Shown: positions 1 to 9,236 of the stretch, in pieces
Position numbering within the stretch: position 1 is the stretch's first letter
Layout of the letters: the number at the start of each line of letters is the position of its first letter
NCBI GenBank assembly: GCA_030141605.1
Contig: JAQGDQ010002175.1
Location: forward strand, 1 to 11,570
Direction of reading: 5' to 3'
Origin: Tubiluchus corallicola
Taxonomy: Eukaryota; Animalia; Priapulida
DNA: 11,570 bases
Notes under the pieces: generated by a model
Told to the model about the DNA's origin: nothing
What the model saw: the letters and a program-made list of their open reading frames with translations, nothing else
The model's database searches: none
Translations under genes and position numbers: made by a program

Positions 1-112
1 CTTCTTGACATCAGTGGGCACACCAAAGATGGAGGACAGCTGGTGCTGGCTGGAGATCCTCATCAGCTTGGTCCTGTGTTACGCTCTCCATTTGCAATCA
101 ACTGTGATCTAG
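1..112 (+). CDS. MOV10: MOV10-like RNA helicase, internal exon (5' truncated by window edge)
   Basis: Frame 1 reads LLDISGHTKDGGQLVLAGDPHQLGPVLRSPFAINCDL(G), including the UPF1-like SF1 motif III region (GQLVLAGDPxQLGP) typical of MOV10. Phase-1 donor G|GTTCGC at 113. Confidence 0.9.
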   Translation, partial: FLTSVGTPKMEDSWCWLEILISLVLCYALHLQSTVI

Positions 113-332
113 GTTCGCCTTACTGCCTTTTCAAGTTAACATATTTTAACATAATTCGGGAGTTCGTTATTTTCTTATAACTTTTCAGCTTCTCAACTAA
201 TTAAATATTTAATTTTTTGTCAGTCTCTATGTGTTTAAAACCTTTTTTTGCAAATAAGCTGTGATTTGACCATGTAATTTGTTAGTCGTAACATCCATAT
301 AAAGAAGGATTTTATGACTGTTCTTCATACAG

Positions 333-421
333 GGATGTCGCTGCTGGAACGATTGATGAAGTACAGCGAGATGTATCACAGACCCGAAAGTGGTTACGAT
401 TCACGATTCATTACTAAATTG
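333..421 (+). CDS. MOV10: MOV10-like helicase exon
   Basis: Acceptor CATACAG ends at 332. Reads (G)MSLLERLMKYSEMYHRPESGYDSRFITKL, with the SLLERLM and ITKL segments typical of MOV10. Donor TTG|GTAATT at 422. Phases 1 to 0. Confidence 0.92.
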
Positions 422-467
422 GTAATTTTATTAGCTGACTGTTTTATTCAAGTTCTTCTCAATGAGT

Positions 468-518
468 TTAATTGTGTGAAAGTTGAGCAGTATTAATTGT
501 GTGAAAGTTGAGCAGTAT
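468..518. repeat. Perfect 25-bp tandem duplication in an intron
   Basis: TAATTGTGTGAAAGTTGAGCAGTAT occurs at 469-493 and 494-518, identical. Confidence 0.95.
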
Positions 519-793
519 GCAAATATAACTGATTTCTTTACATTTTTGTTACATTTGTTTAATAAAAGAATATTTTTTGTGTTTGTTAGTTATGTTATCA
601 AATACTATGTGCATGTATATTAAGCAGACACCCATCGTCTACTTTTGAAATAGTGAAGTAATTTTCTCATAATTTTGAAAAGTTTGCACTAACCGCATTT
701 TACTTTTTGTGGAAATTTTTTTTATTTTTAACTCCCAAGCCGTTTAATAATAGTGCTTAGTACGTAAGTTATACATGTTTTTTTTCTATTTAG

Positions 794-926
794 GTGATGA
801 ATTATCGTTCACATTCTCAGATTCATAAAGTTCCCAGTGAGCTGTTTTATGATAGTGAACTGCAAACTTGCGCCGATCTCGGTGTACGAGAATCATGTTG
901 CCGTTGGTCGAGCTTGCCAAAACGAG
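794..926 (+). CDS. MOV10: MOV10-like helicase exon
   Basis: Poly-T tract and TTTAG acceptor end at 793. Reads VMNYRSHSQIHKVPSELFYDSELQTCADLGVRESCCRWSSLPKR(G), including the NYRSH motif. Donor GAG|GTACGA at 927. Phases 0 to 1. Not in the ORF track. Confidence 0.92.
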
Positions 927-1136
927 GTACGATGATATGATGTTATGCAAGGCTTTTTTGTCACTGTTTTGTCATCTCTTTTCTCATCTCCTTCTGGGAT
1001 AGGCCTATGGCTTTTGCAAACTAAACCATTAAATTTTTTGTACTTTAGAATTACTACCACTCTATAGTTTATTGATGAATGGCAAGTCAAAAATAAATTA
1101 TGAAAATATTTTACTCCATTTTGGCATATCGTCTAG

Positions 1137-1321
1137 GGTTTCCACTGATTTTTCATGGTGTCTCTGGGCAAGATGAGCGAGAAGGTTGCAGTCCTTCATT
1201 CTTCAATGCTTGCGAGGCTAAGGTTGTAGTCGATTACGTTGAAGATTTGCTACAAGCTAGAGATGTTCAACCCAAAGTGAAGGGAGCCGATATTGCTATT
1301 ATTTCTCCATACAGACGGCAG
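1137..1321 (+). CDS. MOV10: MOV10-like helicase exon
   Basis: CTAG acceptor ends at 1136. Reads GFPLIFHGVSGQDEREGCSPSFFNACEAKVVVDYVEDLL...DIAIISPYRRQ, matching MOV10 FPxIFHGV..D.REG.SPSFFN and ISPYRKQ. Donor CAG|GTGAGT at 1322. Phases 1 to 0. Confidence 0.95.
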
Positions 1322-1363
1322 GTGAGTGATAATACCAGAGTGGCAATTTTTCACCCAGATATA

Positions 1364-1918
1364 CAGAGCGGTACACAACCTTTTGCTAGAGGAGCTGCAA
1401 AAATACTGCATAAAAGTATAGAACAGTTTATTATGTCAAAGTATTCCTGAAACAATAGCGAATCTATCATGCCCTTAAAATTTAGTGAGTTAGCCTCTGG
1501 TGTCTCTCACAGCTGTGGTCTGGAAGGCCATGATTGGAGCAGTGACTTAGCAGTGACTTGAAAACTGCATATAATTTTTTGGGGGCAAAACTAAATGGGA
1601 TGGAAATTCGGCAGATATCAATCCTAAAACACATTGGAATTATCCTAAAAAACAAAGTGGGTGCTTAGATTACTCAAGCCAAGAGCATGTTATTGCCAAG
1701 TATTCATAAGACAAATTTGAAACACATCTGTAAGTTGTTGAGGATCTTCCGAGTTCAGCGAGTCGTAGCTGTGGTCATAACCTTCAAGAATGGATGCTCC
1801 GTGAGACACCTATAGCTTACAGGTTAAGTGGTAAGGGCATAATAGATTTGCAATTGTTCATTTGCCTTTATTCATGGCTTTAGTTCCCCCTAGCAAGAAG
1901 TTATGTTCCACTTACCTG
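1364..1918. mobile_element. Possible old non-autonomous DNA transposon (MITE) with degenerate inverted ends
   Basis: 1367-1392 (AGCGGTACACAACCTTTTGCTAGAGG) matches the reverse complement of 1887-1912 (AGTGGAACATAACTTCTTGCTAGGGG) at 20 of 26 positions. The CAG...CAACCTTTT pattern recalls hAT/Charlie-type ends. No clear TSD. Confidence 0.4.
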
Positions 1919-2887
1919 CACAGTTTATAAGTTACTGGAAGATCAATGTAATTCAATGTAAGTGGCATAAAAAGGGTGTAATATGGTGTTGTCGTTATTT
2001 AATAGGCTGTAGATTATGTATCGTTGAAGAAGCCGAAAAGTAAACCAAGTAGGACTATTATAAATATATAACTTGGTGAAGTATGGCCGTAACTCATTAA
2101 GGTCATATGTGGGTCATTGTTCATATGTGTGTCATACTTATTGGCATTGAAAGGTCTCAAACATGTTTTCATTTTGCATTCAACATGTGAAAGGTTCTCA
2201 TAATCCTATAGGTGGGTGCTTAACCTATCACTAAGTGCTACAAAAAACAGTAAGGAACAACTCAGACAAATTTATTACATTAAAGTGTGTAGCTGAAACA
2301 ATGGAAAATCTGTCTTGCCCTCCGTATGTAGAGAGAAAGCCTTGCAGCCTACAGTTTTGGAGGTGTGATCGGAACCTTTAACTTTGGGATTAATTTTTCG
2401 GTTAAATGGAATGGCATCGAAATTCACCAGACCTCGGTGGACACCCCAGTGAACACATTAGAGCTGTCCTGAAAGACAGCTTAGCAGGCTAAGATGATCC
2501 AAGAATGCGTGTTGATTGATATTCGTCAAATAAACTTGTAAAACATTTGTTCGTGTGTTGGAAGAGCTTGAGTTCTTCGAGTTGCTCCAATCATACCTCT
2601 GAAGTTTGCAGGCTTATCAGACATGCAAGGATTACACTAAATATTGAGTGTGGTAGTTCTTTACCGATTCGGCACTATTTTGGTGTAATAAATTGTTCTG
2701 TACAGTTACTCTTTGCTTTTGTGTCCCAACGTGACGAGTTTCAACTGTGCATAGAACTTGCACTCAGCAATAAAACTGAGGATGTGTGTAAAAGCCAACA
2801 AGTGTTTATGTATCGTCCTGTATTAATGAAACCTTGGATAACAAAAATGCTTATGTTAGCGTCATTTAATAAATTACTTCACATCAG

Positions 2888-3064
2888 GTGGAAAAAATCC
2901 GGAAACTTCTTGAGAAGAAACGAATCTGTGACATAGACGTCGCATCCGTGGAAGAGTTCCAGGGTCAGGAACGCCGAGTCGTGATCATTTCCACTGTAAG
3001 AAGTTCTGTTCAGTTTTTGGACAAGGACAGAACCTATAAGCTTGGATTCCTGCGCAGTCCAAAG
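2888..3064 (+). CDS. MOV10: MOV10-like helicase exon (motif V region)
   Basis: ATCAG acceptor ends at 2887. Reads [59 protein letters not shown]. Donor AAG|GTAAAG at 3065. Phases 0 to 0. Confidence 0.95.
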
Positions 3065-4304
3065 GTAAAGTTTTGTTCATGAATAGAAAGACTTGCTATT
3101 TCCACTCAAGTCGCATTACAATGAAATTTTTAAGATGAATCCATCTTCTAATCTGATTTCACTATTTAAGCAGTGGTTAGGTAGACATTTATTGACATTT
3201 GCAACTGTAAATTCACTGCAAGTGCATGAAAGTTACAGCTAGTTTAAGGCGAAACAAATAGTCTACTGAACACCTCCTTTCATGTAACAGCTCATGTTTC
3301 ATGTTCCAAGCAAAAATAAAATAGGGTTAACAAGAAAACTAGTGGAGCCAAACCATTAGATAGTTACCATGCGACACAAACATGCTTGCGTCTCATAATC
3401 CTTTGGTATTTATTTGATGCACAGTAAGCAGATGCATACACCTTTTATGGTCTTCCAAGTTCATTAATTTGTGTATATTAGCAACATTATTAAGATTAAA
3501 CTGAGTTCTTAAATGACTCGTTCTATGACATTTTAACAAAATATGCTCTTTGTTTTGCATTTGACCACCTGAACAAAGTTTATTTTCCACCTGAGATATT
3601 GACTGTTGGAATTCGACGCACATTATGGTGCTTTCAGCCTGAATGGCACTATATCTTTATATATTAACTAGTTAGAATTTAAACACAAGAGTCAGAAATA
3701 CCGGTGAAGCTACAGAAACACACCAATAAAGCACTTGAGGTAGTCTAAATTTAAGAATGGCAAGAATAAACCATTCTTCCTGTTTGCACATCTTTACTTA
3801 TTAACATACCACAAGCACTAGTGGTCTGCTGTTTAAGTAGTTTAGAGGAAAATTTCTGCAAATAATAGAATAAAGACATAAAAAAGTGGTTTTAACAAAC
3901 AGTGATCGTTCAGCTGTGAAAGAAGAGAAGCCCAGTGATTATCTGCCCTTATTTGAAATGTAGTAACTTTGTTTATATAATACAGTCGAAGCTCAATGTA
4001 CTGCCTACTTTGGACTGCAACAATTATGTGGATTATAACGCAGTTTCCTAAAAATGTGGGCATTAAGTGAGGTTGGCATTATAACGATGTTTTACTATAG
4101 CTTATTAATGGTAAATAAACTGCAGTGTCTAGTCGATAAGTTGCATTCCTTTTCTCGCATTTGCAAAAAATAACACTTGTGCCTAGTTTAAATGTATATT
4201 AATGATCAGGGTAGTACCCGTAATCATAATTTTTAAACTTTCCATTTCTTAAACAGTCTACCAAAAAAAATTTGGCTGCTTAAAATAGACATCTTGTTTT
4301 TTAG

Positions 4305-4393
4305 AGGTTCAATGTTGCAGTAACCCGTGCAAAAGCTCTACTGATTGTAGTAGGAAATCCAAACATGTTGTCCAGTGATCCCTACTGGAATGC
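4305..4393 (+). CDS. MOV10: MOV10-like helicase exon (motif VI)
   Basis: TTTTTTAG acceptor ends at 4304. Reads [29 protein letters not shown](A), the canonical motif VI. Donor GC|GTAAGT at 4394. Phases 0 to 2. Not in the ORF track. Confidence 0.95.
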
Positions 4394-5683
4394 GTAAGTT
4401 TTGAATGCTTTTTTAACTTGCAATAGAAACTCCATCTCAGTAACAAATTTTACAGTCTGCTGCTGAATATAACTCCATCTGAAGCCACTTTGATTTGTCT
4501 GGATACCGTAGTCTCGATTCGATTATCTTTAGGAATTAGGAATAGGTGATTTTTTTATTTCAGAAATGAAAATATCACTTTTATTATGCATGTCACGTTT
4601 TTCCAATATGTTTAATAAACTGCCAGCCAGCTATAGTGAATAAAATTCTGCATTTGGAAATGTAGTGATAGGCCGGATCATCCGGTATGTGTTTTAAATT
4701 ACCGGCCAGTATACCGTGTATGACGTTTATACTCATTTCTGGTACAGTACAGAATATTGTACAGCAGCAATACTACTGACTTTGTGAGCAAACAGCATAA
4801 TTCACATTTTTGTTTTTATGAAGTTTTACAACACATTACATGTATGCAATTGTTAAAAAAACACATAATTGGTTAATATTCAATTGCCAATCTTTGAAAG
4901 GGATGGATTTATCTGACAGAAGGAAAAAACACTTCAGCTTGTCAAAAAACACAAAACAGGGTGTTACCTAAATTAGCACTATATTGGTCTAGAAAAATGA
5001 CAAGCTATTTAATCTCCAGAAGACATTTTTTCCAATGCATTATGATGCTTCATGGGGCTTGAATTTATATTCTACATGTTCGTCTCAGCAAAAACAAAAC
5101 AAATTAGCTAATTTGCTCTGATAAAGTTGTTATGATTGGCACAGAGCGACAGTCAGCAAATAACTTGGAAACTGAGTGTGTGAATGTCTTGAATCAGCTG
5201 CGAAAAACTTTTTTCACCTAAACCGCTTTTCACTGCACTGCAAGGTATATTCTGACTGAGATTTGTCAAACTTGGGAAATTAATGTCATCTTTTAGTGCA
5301 TTGGAGAGACTTTTCCTTCTCTTTTGAATGGTTTTAATCTCATCTGAGATACAGAAACCTGCTGCTTTTTTGTTTATTATAATGGCTTATTTGTTAAAAA
5401 AATCAGGGTCTGGGAGTACGAAAGTATCGGAGTTATGCCGAAATCAGGAGGGTTTTGATTTTTGATATGCTGAACAAAATTTTCCAACTTTTGCTTTAGA
5501 AAAAGGTGAGAAATTGGGTTTTTTATATGAGGGAGAATAATATGTTTAAAATTGATGCTTTTTGGAAATTGATTTTGACATTTCTGTCAAGTTTTCAGCC
5601 ACTCGATGCTGCTGTGCTTCAAGCTCTTGTTAGTCTTGTGTGTCAGTTTCACAAATGCATCTTCTCTGCTTGAAAACTTACAG

Positions 5684-5799
5684 GTTACTGCAGCACTGTG
5701 TGGATAATGGCGGTTACCGGGGTGTTAGAATCGAGGACAGCCTGAAGAGTAGCCTAGACAGAATTCTCACTGGGTTGTCAGAATTGCAAATCAGTCTTG
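5684..5799 (+). CDS. MOV10: MOV10-like helicase penultimate exon
   Basis: TTACAG acceptor ends at 5683. The phase-2 continuation reads LLQHCVDNGGYRGVRIEDSLKSSLDRILTGLSELQISL(G), with the C..NGGY.G segment typical of MOV10. Donor TTG|GTAGGT at 5800 (phase 1). Confidence 0.85.
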
Positions 5800-7244
5800 G
5801 TAGGTTATTACTATAGTTCTGATTAAACAAGCAAAAACATTTGTAAAACTTATAGTTTAATATAGTTCAGAAATGCAATTGAAACAAACTCGAGACTTGT
5901 TAACTATGGAAGACAGTTTACAGATTTTTTTTCTGCTGCCAAAGAACCTCTAAATGTGTTTCGTAGTGCACGTGTCCGGTGGTCCACACTGAATAAGCTC
6001 ACTGTAAAGGACATCAATGGCATAGGAAAAAACCAGTGCTTCATTGCACTATCAATCATTAATGGTAATTCATCCTATGAAAAATTCATGGCATACTATA
6101 AATTAAAATCATTAGCTATCAGACAAGAAAAGAAGTTAAAAAGTTATTTTTGGTATGTAAAGAGATCTCATTAAATTATGAAAAAACAAAGATCTTTTGC
6201 CATAACGAATCCCTTAAACAAAAACTGAGCATTGGAAAAAAGCTGTGTTCTACACTTGTTTGACTGCCGATGGTTTGTAGCTTTTATAAAATATTTGGAA
6301 CCGTCTTTACACCATATGCTTACAGCTTTTAAATTGTTTGTTAAGTTTGTATACGTGTAGTTTAACTGTTTACCAGTGCTCTTAATGTTTGCTTGATTTT
6401 AAGTTTGTTTAGTCCTCGGGTACAAAAACATCCCCAAGGATATTTAGTTACTTATATCATTTTACCGTGAAGCCGCCAGTACTTGACGTTTTGTGTTTTA
6501 GTAAATGATTATCTGTCTACTATAAGCAAGCTGCCATTACACCTGGTTTCTTGCACATCACTTGCTTTTACCATAATACATAGTGCACGCGGAGATTAGA
6601 AGAATTTGTTTTGACTTATTTTGCAATCATTTCATGGTTTCCCTACTGAATGCTCACATGGAATGAACATCCCCCTCAAACGTGAAACAAAAGCAAATTC
6701 TGTTTCATGTCACTGTTTTCAGTCACTAGTTTGGGTGTCTTTTCCCAGTTTTTAAGCATTTTGTGAAACTATTAATGCATATAGCAGACAAAGTATGTTT
6801 ATTTTTTCACGAATCAAGGAGTGCTTGCAAAAGAATATTTCTGTTTTCTATTGTTTGTTTTACTCTAGTGCACATGGACACCATATTTCTTGTTTTCTAT
6901 CCTGTGTTCTATGATTTTCTCTGTCCATAGAAAGTATATACACTACTTTCTGTAGGCGTATGTACTATGTAGGCTAAAGTCATAAGCAGATACGAAGATG
7001 CTTACGGATGCCATAAATCCAAATCTTTATATTGTCCGCTTTGCGACCAGTAAATGGGTTTTGCCATATTACTTGAATGACAGCTTGAGAGAATTACTTC
7101 TTAAGCAAGTGACCCTAAACAAAGATTGTCAATTTTGTGATTGTAGACGTTTTAAAAGAAAATGTCCAATTATTAAAACAAAATATTGTAAAAAAGGTTT
7201 GTGTCGATTGCCTCTGAAACTGTATTTTTGTATTCACAATTTAG

Positions 7245-7303
7245 GTAAGCTGTTCCCAACCCCGACTATCTCTATGAAAACTCTACAAGAGGAACCTCAG
7301 TAG
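7245..7303 (+). CDS. MOV10: MOV10-like helicase terminal exon (to first TAG; frame continues RDEA to a second TAG at 7316-7318)
   Basis: TTTAG acceptor ends at 7244. Phase 1 matches the upstream donor. Reads (G)KLFPTPTISMKTLQEEPQ*RDEA*, resembling the MOV10 C-terminal LQVEPEWRNEL motif as I recall it. Confidence 0.78.
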
Positions 7304-7889
7304 CGTGACGAAGCCTAGTTCAACAAGATCATTTTTATGACATTGTTTTTCTCTGCAGATTAATTTTTAACTTGCAAATTAAGGCAACGTGATTAGAAAT
7401 AATTTTTATTTGTCGCGACAGAATAATTTTAGGTTTTCCTTGTATTATTTTTAAGAGAATCTTGATTTTTAGGTTTTAATCTTTTTACACAAAGTTTATC
7501 GTGTAGGTCTCCCCCTTAGAGATATATATTATATACAATTAAGCTAGCAAACCTTAAGAATTCTTATCCAGCATTCATTCTTGTTGTTATTGCAGTAATC
7601 TAATTCTTAGCCTTGATTTTGTGAATGCTTCATTTGTTTTACCGCCAGGTGGCTAAAATTGTAGACAGAAATGGCAAATATGTATGGCAGGTTTCTTGAC
7701 TGATTTGTTAATTTTACTGGTCATCTTGTTAGACAGCAGGCTATTCCAGCAATGCATAATCTTAAAGGCAAAAATTGGCAAAGTGCTTTCTGCAAATTAT
7801 CAAAATTTGACAATGATGATAATTTCCTAATGACATTGTGCATGGGTGTACCTTTAGATAAGAAAAGTGGAGATTCTTTTCAACCCTGC

Positions 7890-8071
7890 AATAAAAAGTT
7901 CGGTCTCCAAATATATGATCAGGTATGCTTTTTATGTAAAATTGTGAATTTTAGAATCAAGTATACAAAATTTTACATTTATGTAAAATGTGAAAAATTA
8001 ATAAAATTATGATGATGCTCATTTCTTGAACTGCTTTTTTCTTTCTGTTGAAGACCAGAACTAGTAATAAA
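7890..8071 (+). promoter_or_regulatory. Candidate polyadenylation signals of the MOV10-like gene
   Basis: The first + strand AATAAA hexamers after the stop are at 7890-7895, 8000-8005 and 8066-8071. A T/GT-rich tract follows the second one (about 8022-8050). Confidence 0.4.
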
Positions 8072-8356
8072 CTCAGCTATGTCCATACTCTTCAAAGGTA
8101 TATTTTGCAAACTTTCACATCAGCAAAAGACATAAAAATAAATTTTACTATATCAAAAAATATAAGAAACAACAAATACAATAAGAATGTTACGCAATTA
8201 ACAATCGCAGTACATTAAAAAGATTTTATCTGAAAAAATCTTGATGTATAAAAAAACAATTAACATGCAACAGTAAAAATTCATTCTACATGAGCGGCAA
8301 ATTGTGCACATAAATGGACCTAAAGATTCTTACGTTCCTCAGATTTGTGAAATCTG

Positions 8357-8418
8357 TCAAGGAATGGACATGGGTTCTGAATCTGTTGCATCATCATCCT
8401 CCCAGAGTTCCCGAAGAA
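8357..8418 (-). CDS. ATRIP: ATRIP-like terminal coding exon
   Basis: Acceptor CTGTTGCAG. Reads (V)LRELWEDDDATDSEPMSIP-TGA, an acidic tail like the ATRIP C-terminus. It is followed by T-rich, 3'UTR-like sequence on the minus strand. Confidence 0.75.
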
Positions 8419-8649
8419 CTGCAACAGATCAGTTAACAGCACCAATTAATAATTTGCATGCAAAATAATAGCTAAACCTACTATTATACTATACTTGCAT
8501 CTATCAGAAAAAAGTTATATTGTTTTATAGAAGTGAAGCAACTCATGATTGTGTTCTATGGGAAAAACTCAACTCTAAGAAAGGCTTATTTACTAGTTGC
8601 AAAATAAAACTATATTTGTTTTCCTAGTATTTTCAAGTTATAAATTTAC

Positions 8650-8740
8650 CATTGATTTCTGGGAGGCTGCCAAGGTTTGTATCACGACTGCATGCAGTTA
8701 TCAGTGTTCTGTATTCCGCTCCAACATATTTGAATCGTTC
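8650..8740 (-). CDS. ATRIP: ATRIP-like exon
   Basis: Acceptor AACAACAG. Reads ERFKYVGAEYRTLITACSRDTNLGSLPEIN(V). Donor ATG|GTAAAT. Phases 0 to 1, compatible with both neighbours. Confidence 0.72.
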
Positions 8741-9236
8741 CTGTTGTTAAACAAGTTTTACACTAAGAGAAAACCTGCATCTGGCAGTTTTATTCTTTAT
8801 TAATCACAAAAAAACGGCACCAGGTCCAAAAGCCACACGAACTTAGTATTGGACCATTAATAATTTTTGTAGGTATTAACTCTAGTACTATAAATAACAA
8901 TATAAGATAAAATAAACAATCACGTGAATAAATAAATTTTCATCAAGGCTGTAACCTACCAAAATAATAACAGCACTATAATGCTGAGTAAATAATACCA
9001 GAGGCAGATTTTCATTTAATAGGGACATGCATAATGTTGTTGTGATGAACAGATTGACCAATAAATACAAAACAAATGACCACTGAAGGAAGAACAAGCA
9101 CAACAATGAACGTGCCATTAACTCAGGTGCTGCAATATTGCAGGGGTGTTTATTGTTATTTATGTAAACTACTGCAAAGATTAAATAAACTCAACCATGG
9201 AATCTATAACAGAGCACTAATACATAAATTACACAC

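Noticed and set aside
468-518. 25-bp repeat as a CRISPR-like array
   Set aside because: There are only two abutting copies, no spacers and no cas genes, and the context is a eukaryotic intron.
2020-2480. Hammerhead ribozyme-like words (TGAAGAAGCCGAAA, CTGAAAGAC)
   Set aside because: No complete CUGANGA...GAAA...NUH core with three consistent stems could be built.
2547-2936. 129-aa + strand ORF
   Set aside because: It is mostly intronic, overlaps the true exon in a different frame and has no recognisable motif.
7147-7217. Possible extra MOV10 exon after TTGTAG (DVLKENVQLLKQNIVKK)
   Set aside because: Its candidate donor AAG|GTTTGT is phase 0, which is incompatible with the phase-1 terminal exon. 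Without splicing it runs into TGA, and it has no MOV10 similarity.
6998-7244. N-terminal part of the 101-aa ORF (Cys/Lys-rich, superficially zinc-finger-like)
   Set aside because: Only 7245-7303 is MOV10-like and follows a proper acceptor. The upstream part is AT-rich intron that is open by chance.
1-7303. Assignment as UPF1, SETX or ZNFX1 rather than MOV10
   Set aside because: The [49 protein letters not shown] and NGGY.G segments and the C-terminal tail fit the MOV10 subfamily. MOV10L1/Armitage is less likely but cannot be excluded without a phylogeny.
8743-8774. Alternative upstream acceptor (ATGCAG) for the 8740 exon
   Set aside because: The extension contains an in-frame TAA.
893-9118. 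Other short ORFs (893-1090, 3393-3623, 3842-4063, 5956-6174, 7752-8012, 8597-8803, 8888-9118)
   Set aside because: They lie in introns or UTRs or antisense to real exons, show AT-driven composition and have no motifs.
9130-9143. 14-bp palindrome CTGCAATATTGCAG and other short hairpins or duplications (3753-3778, 2103-2135, 6835-6900)
   Set aside because: They are short and isolated, with no supporting context, and not clearly beyond chance or slippage in AT-rich introns.
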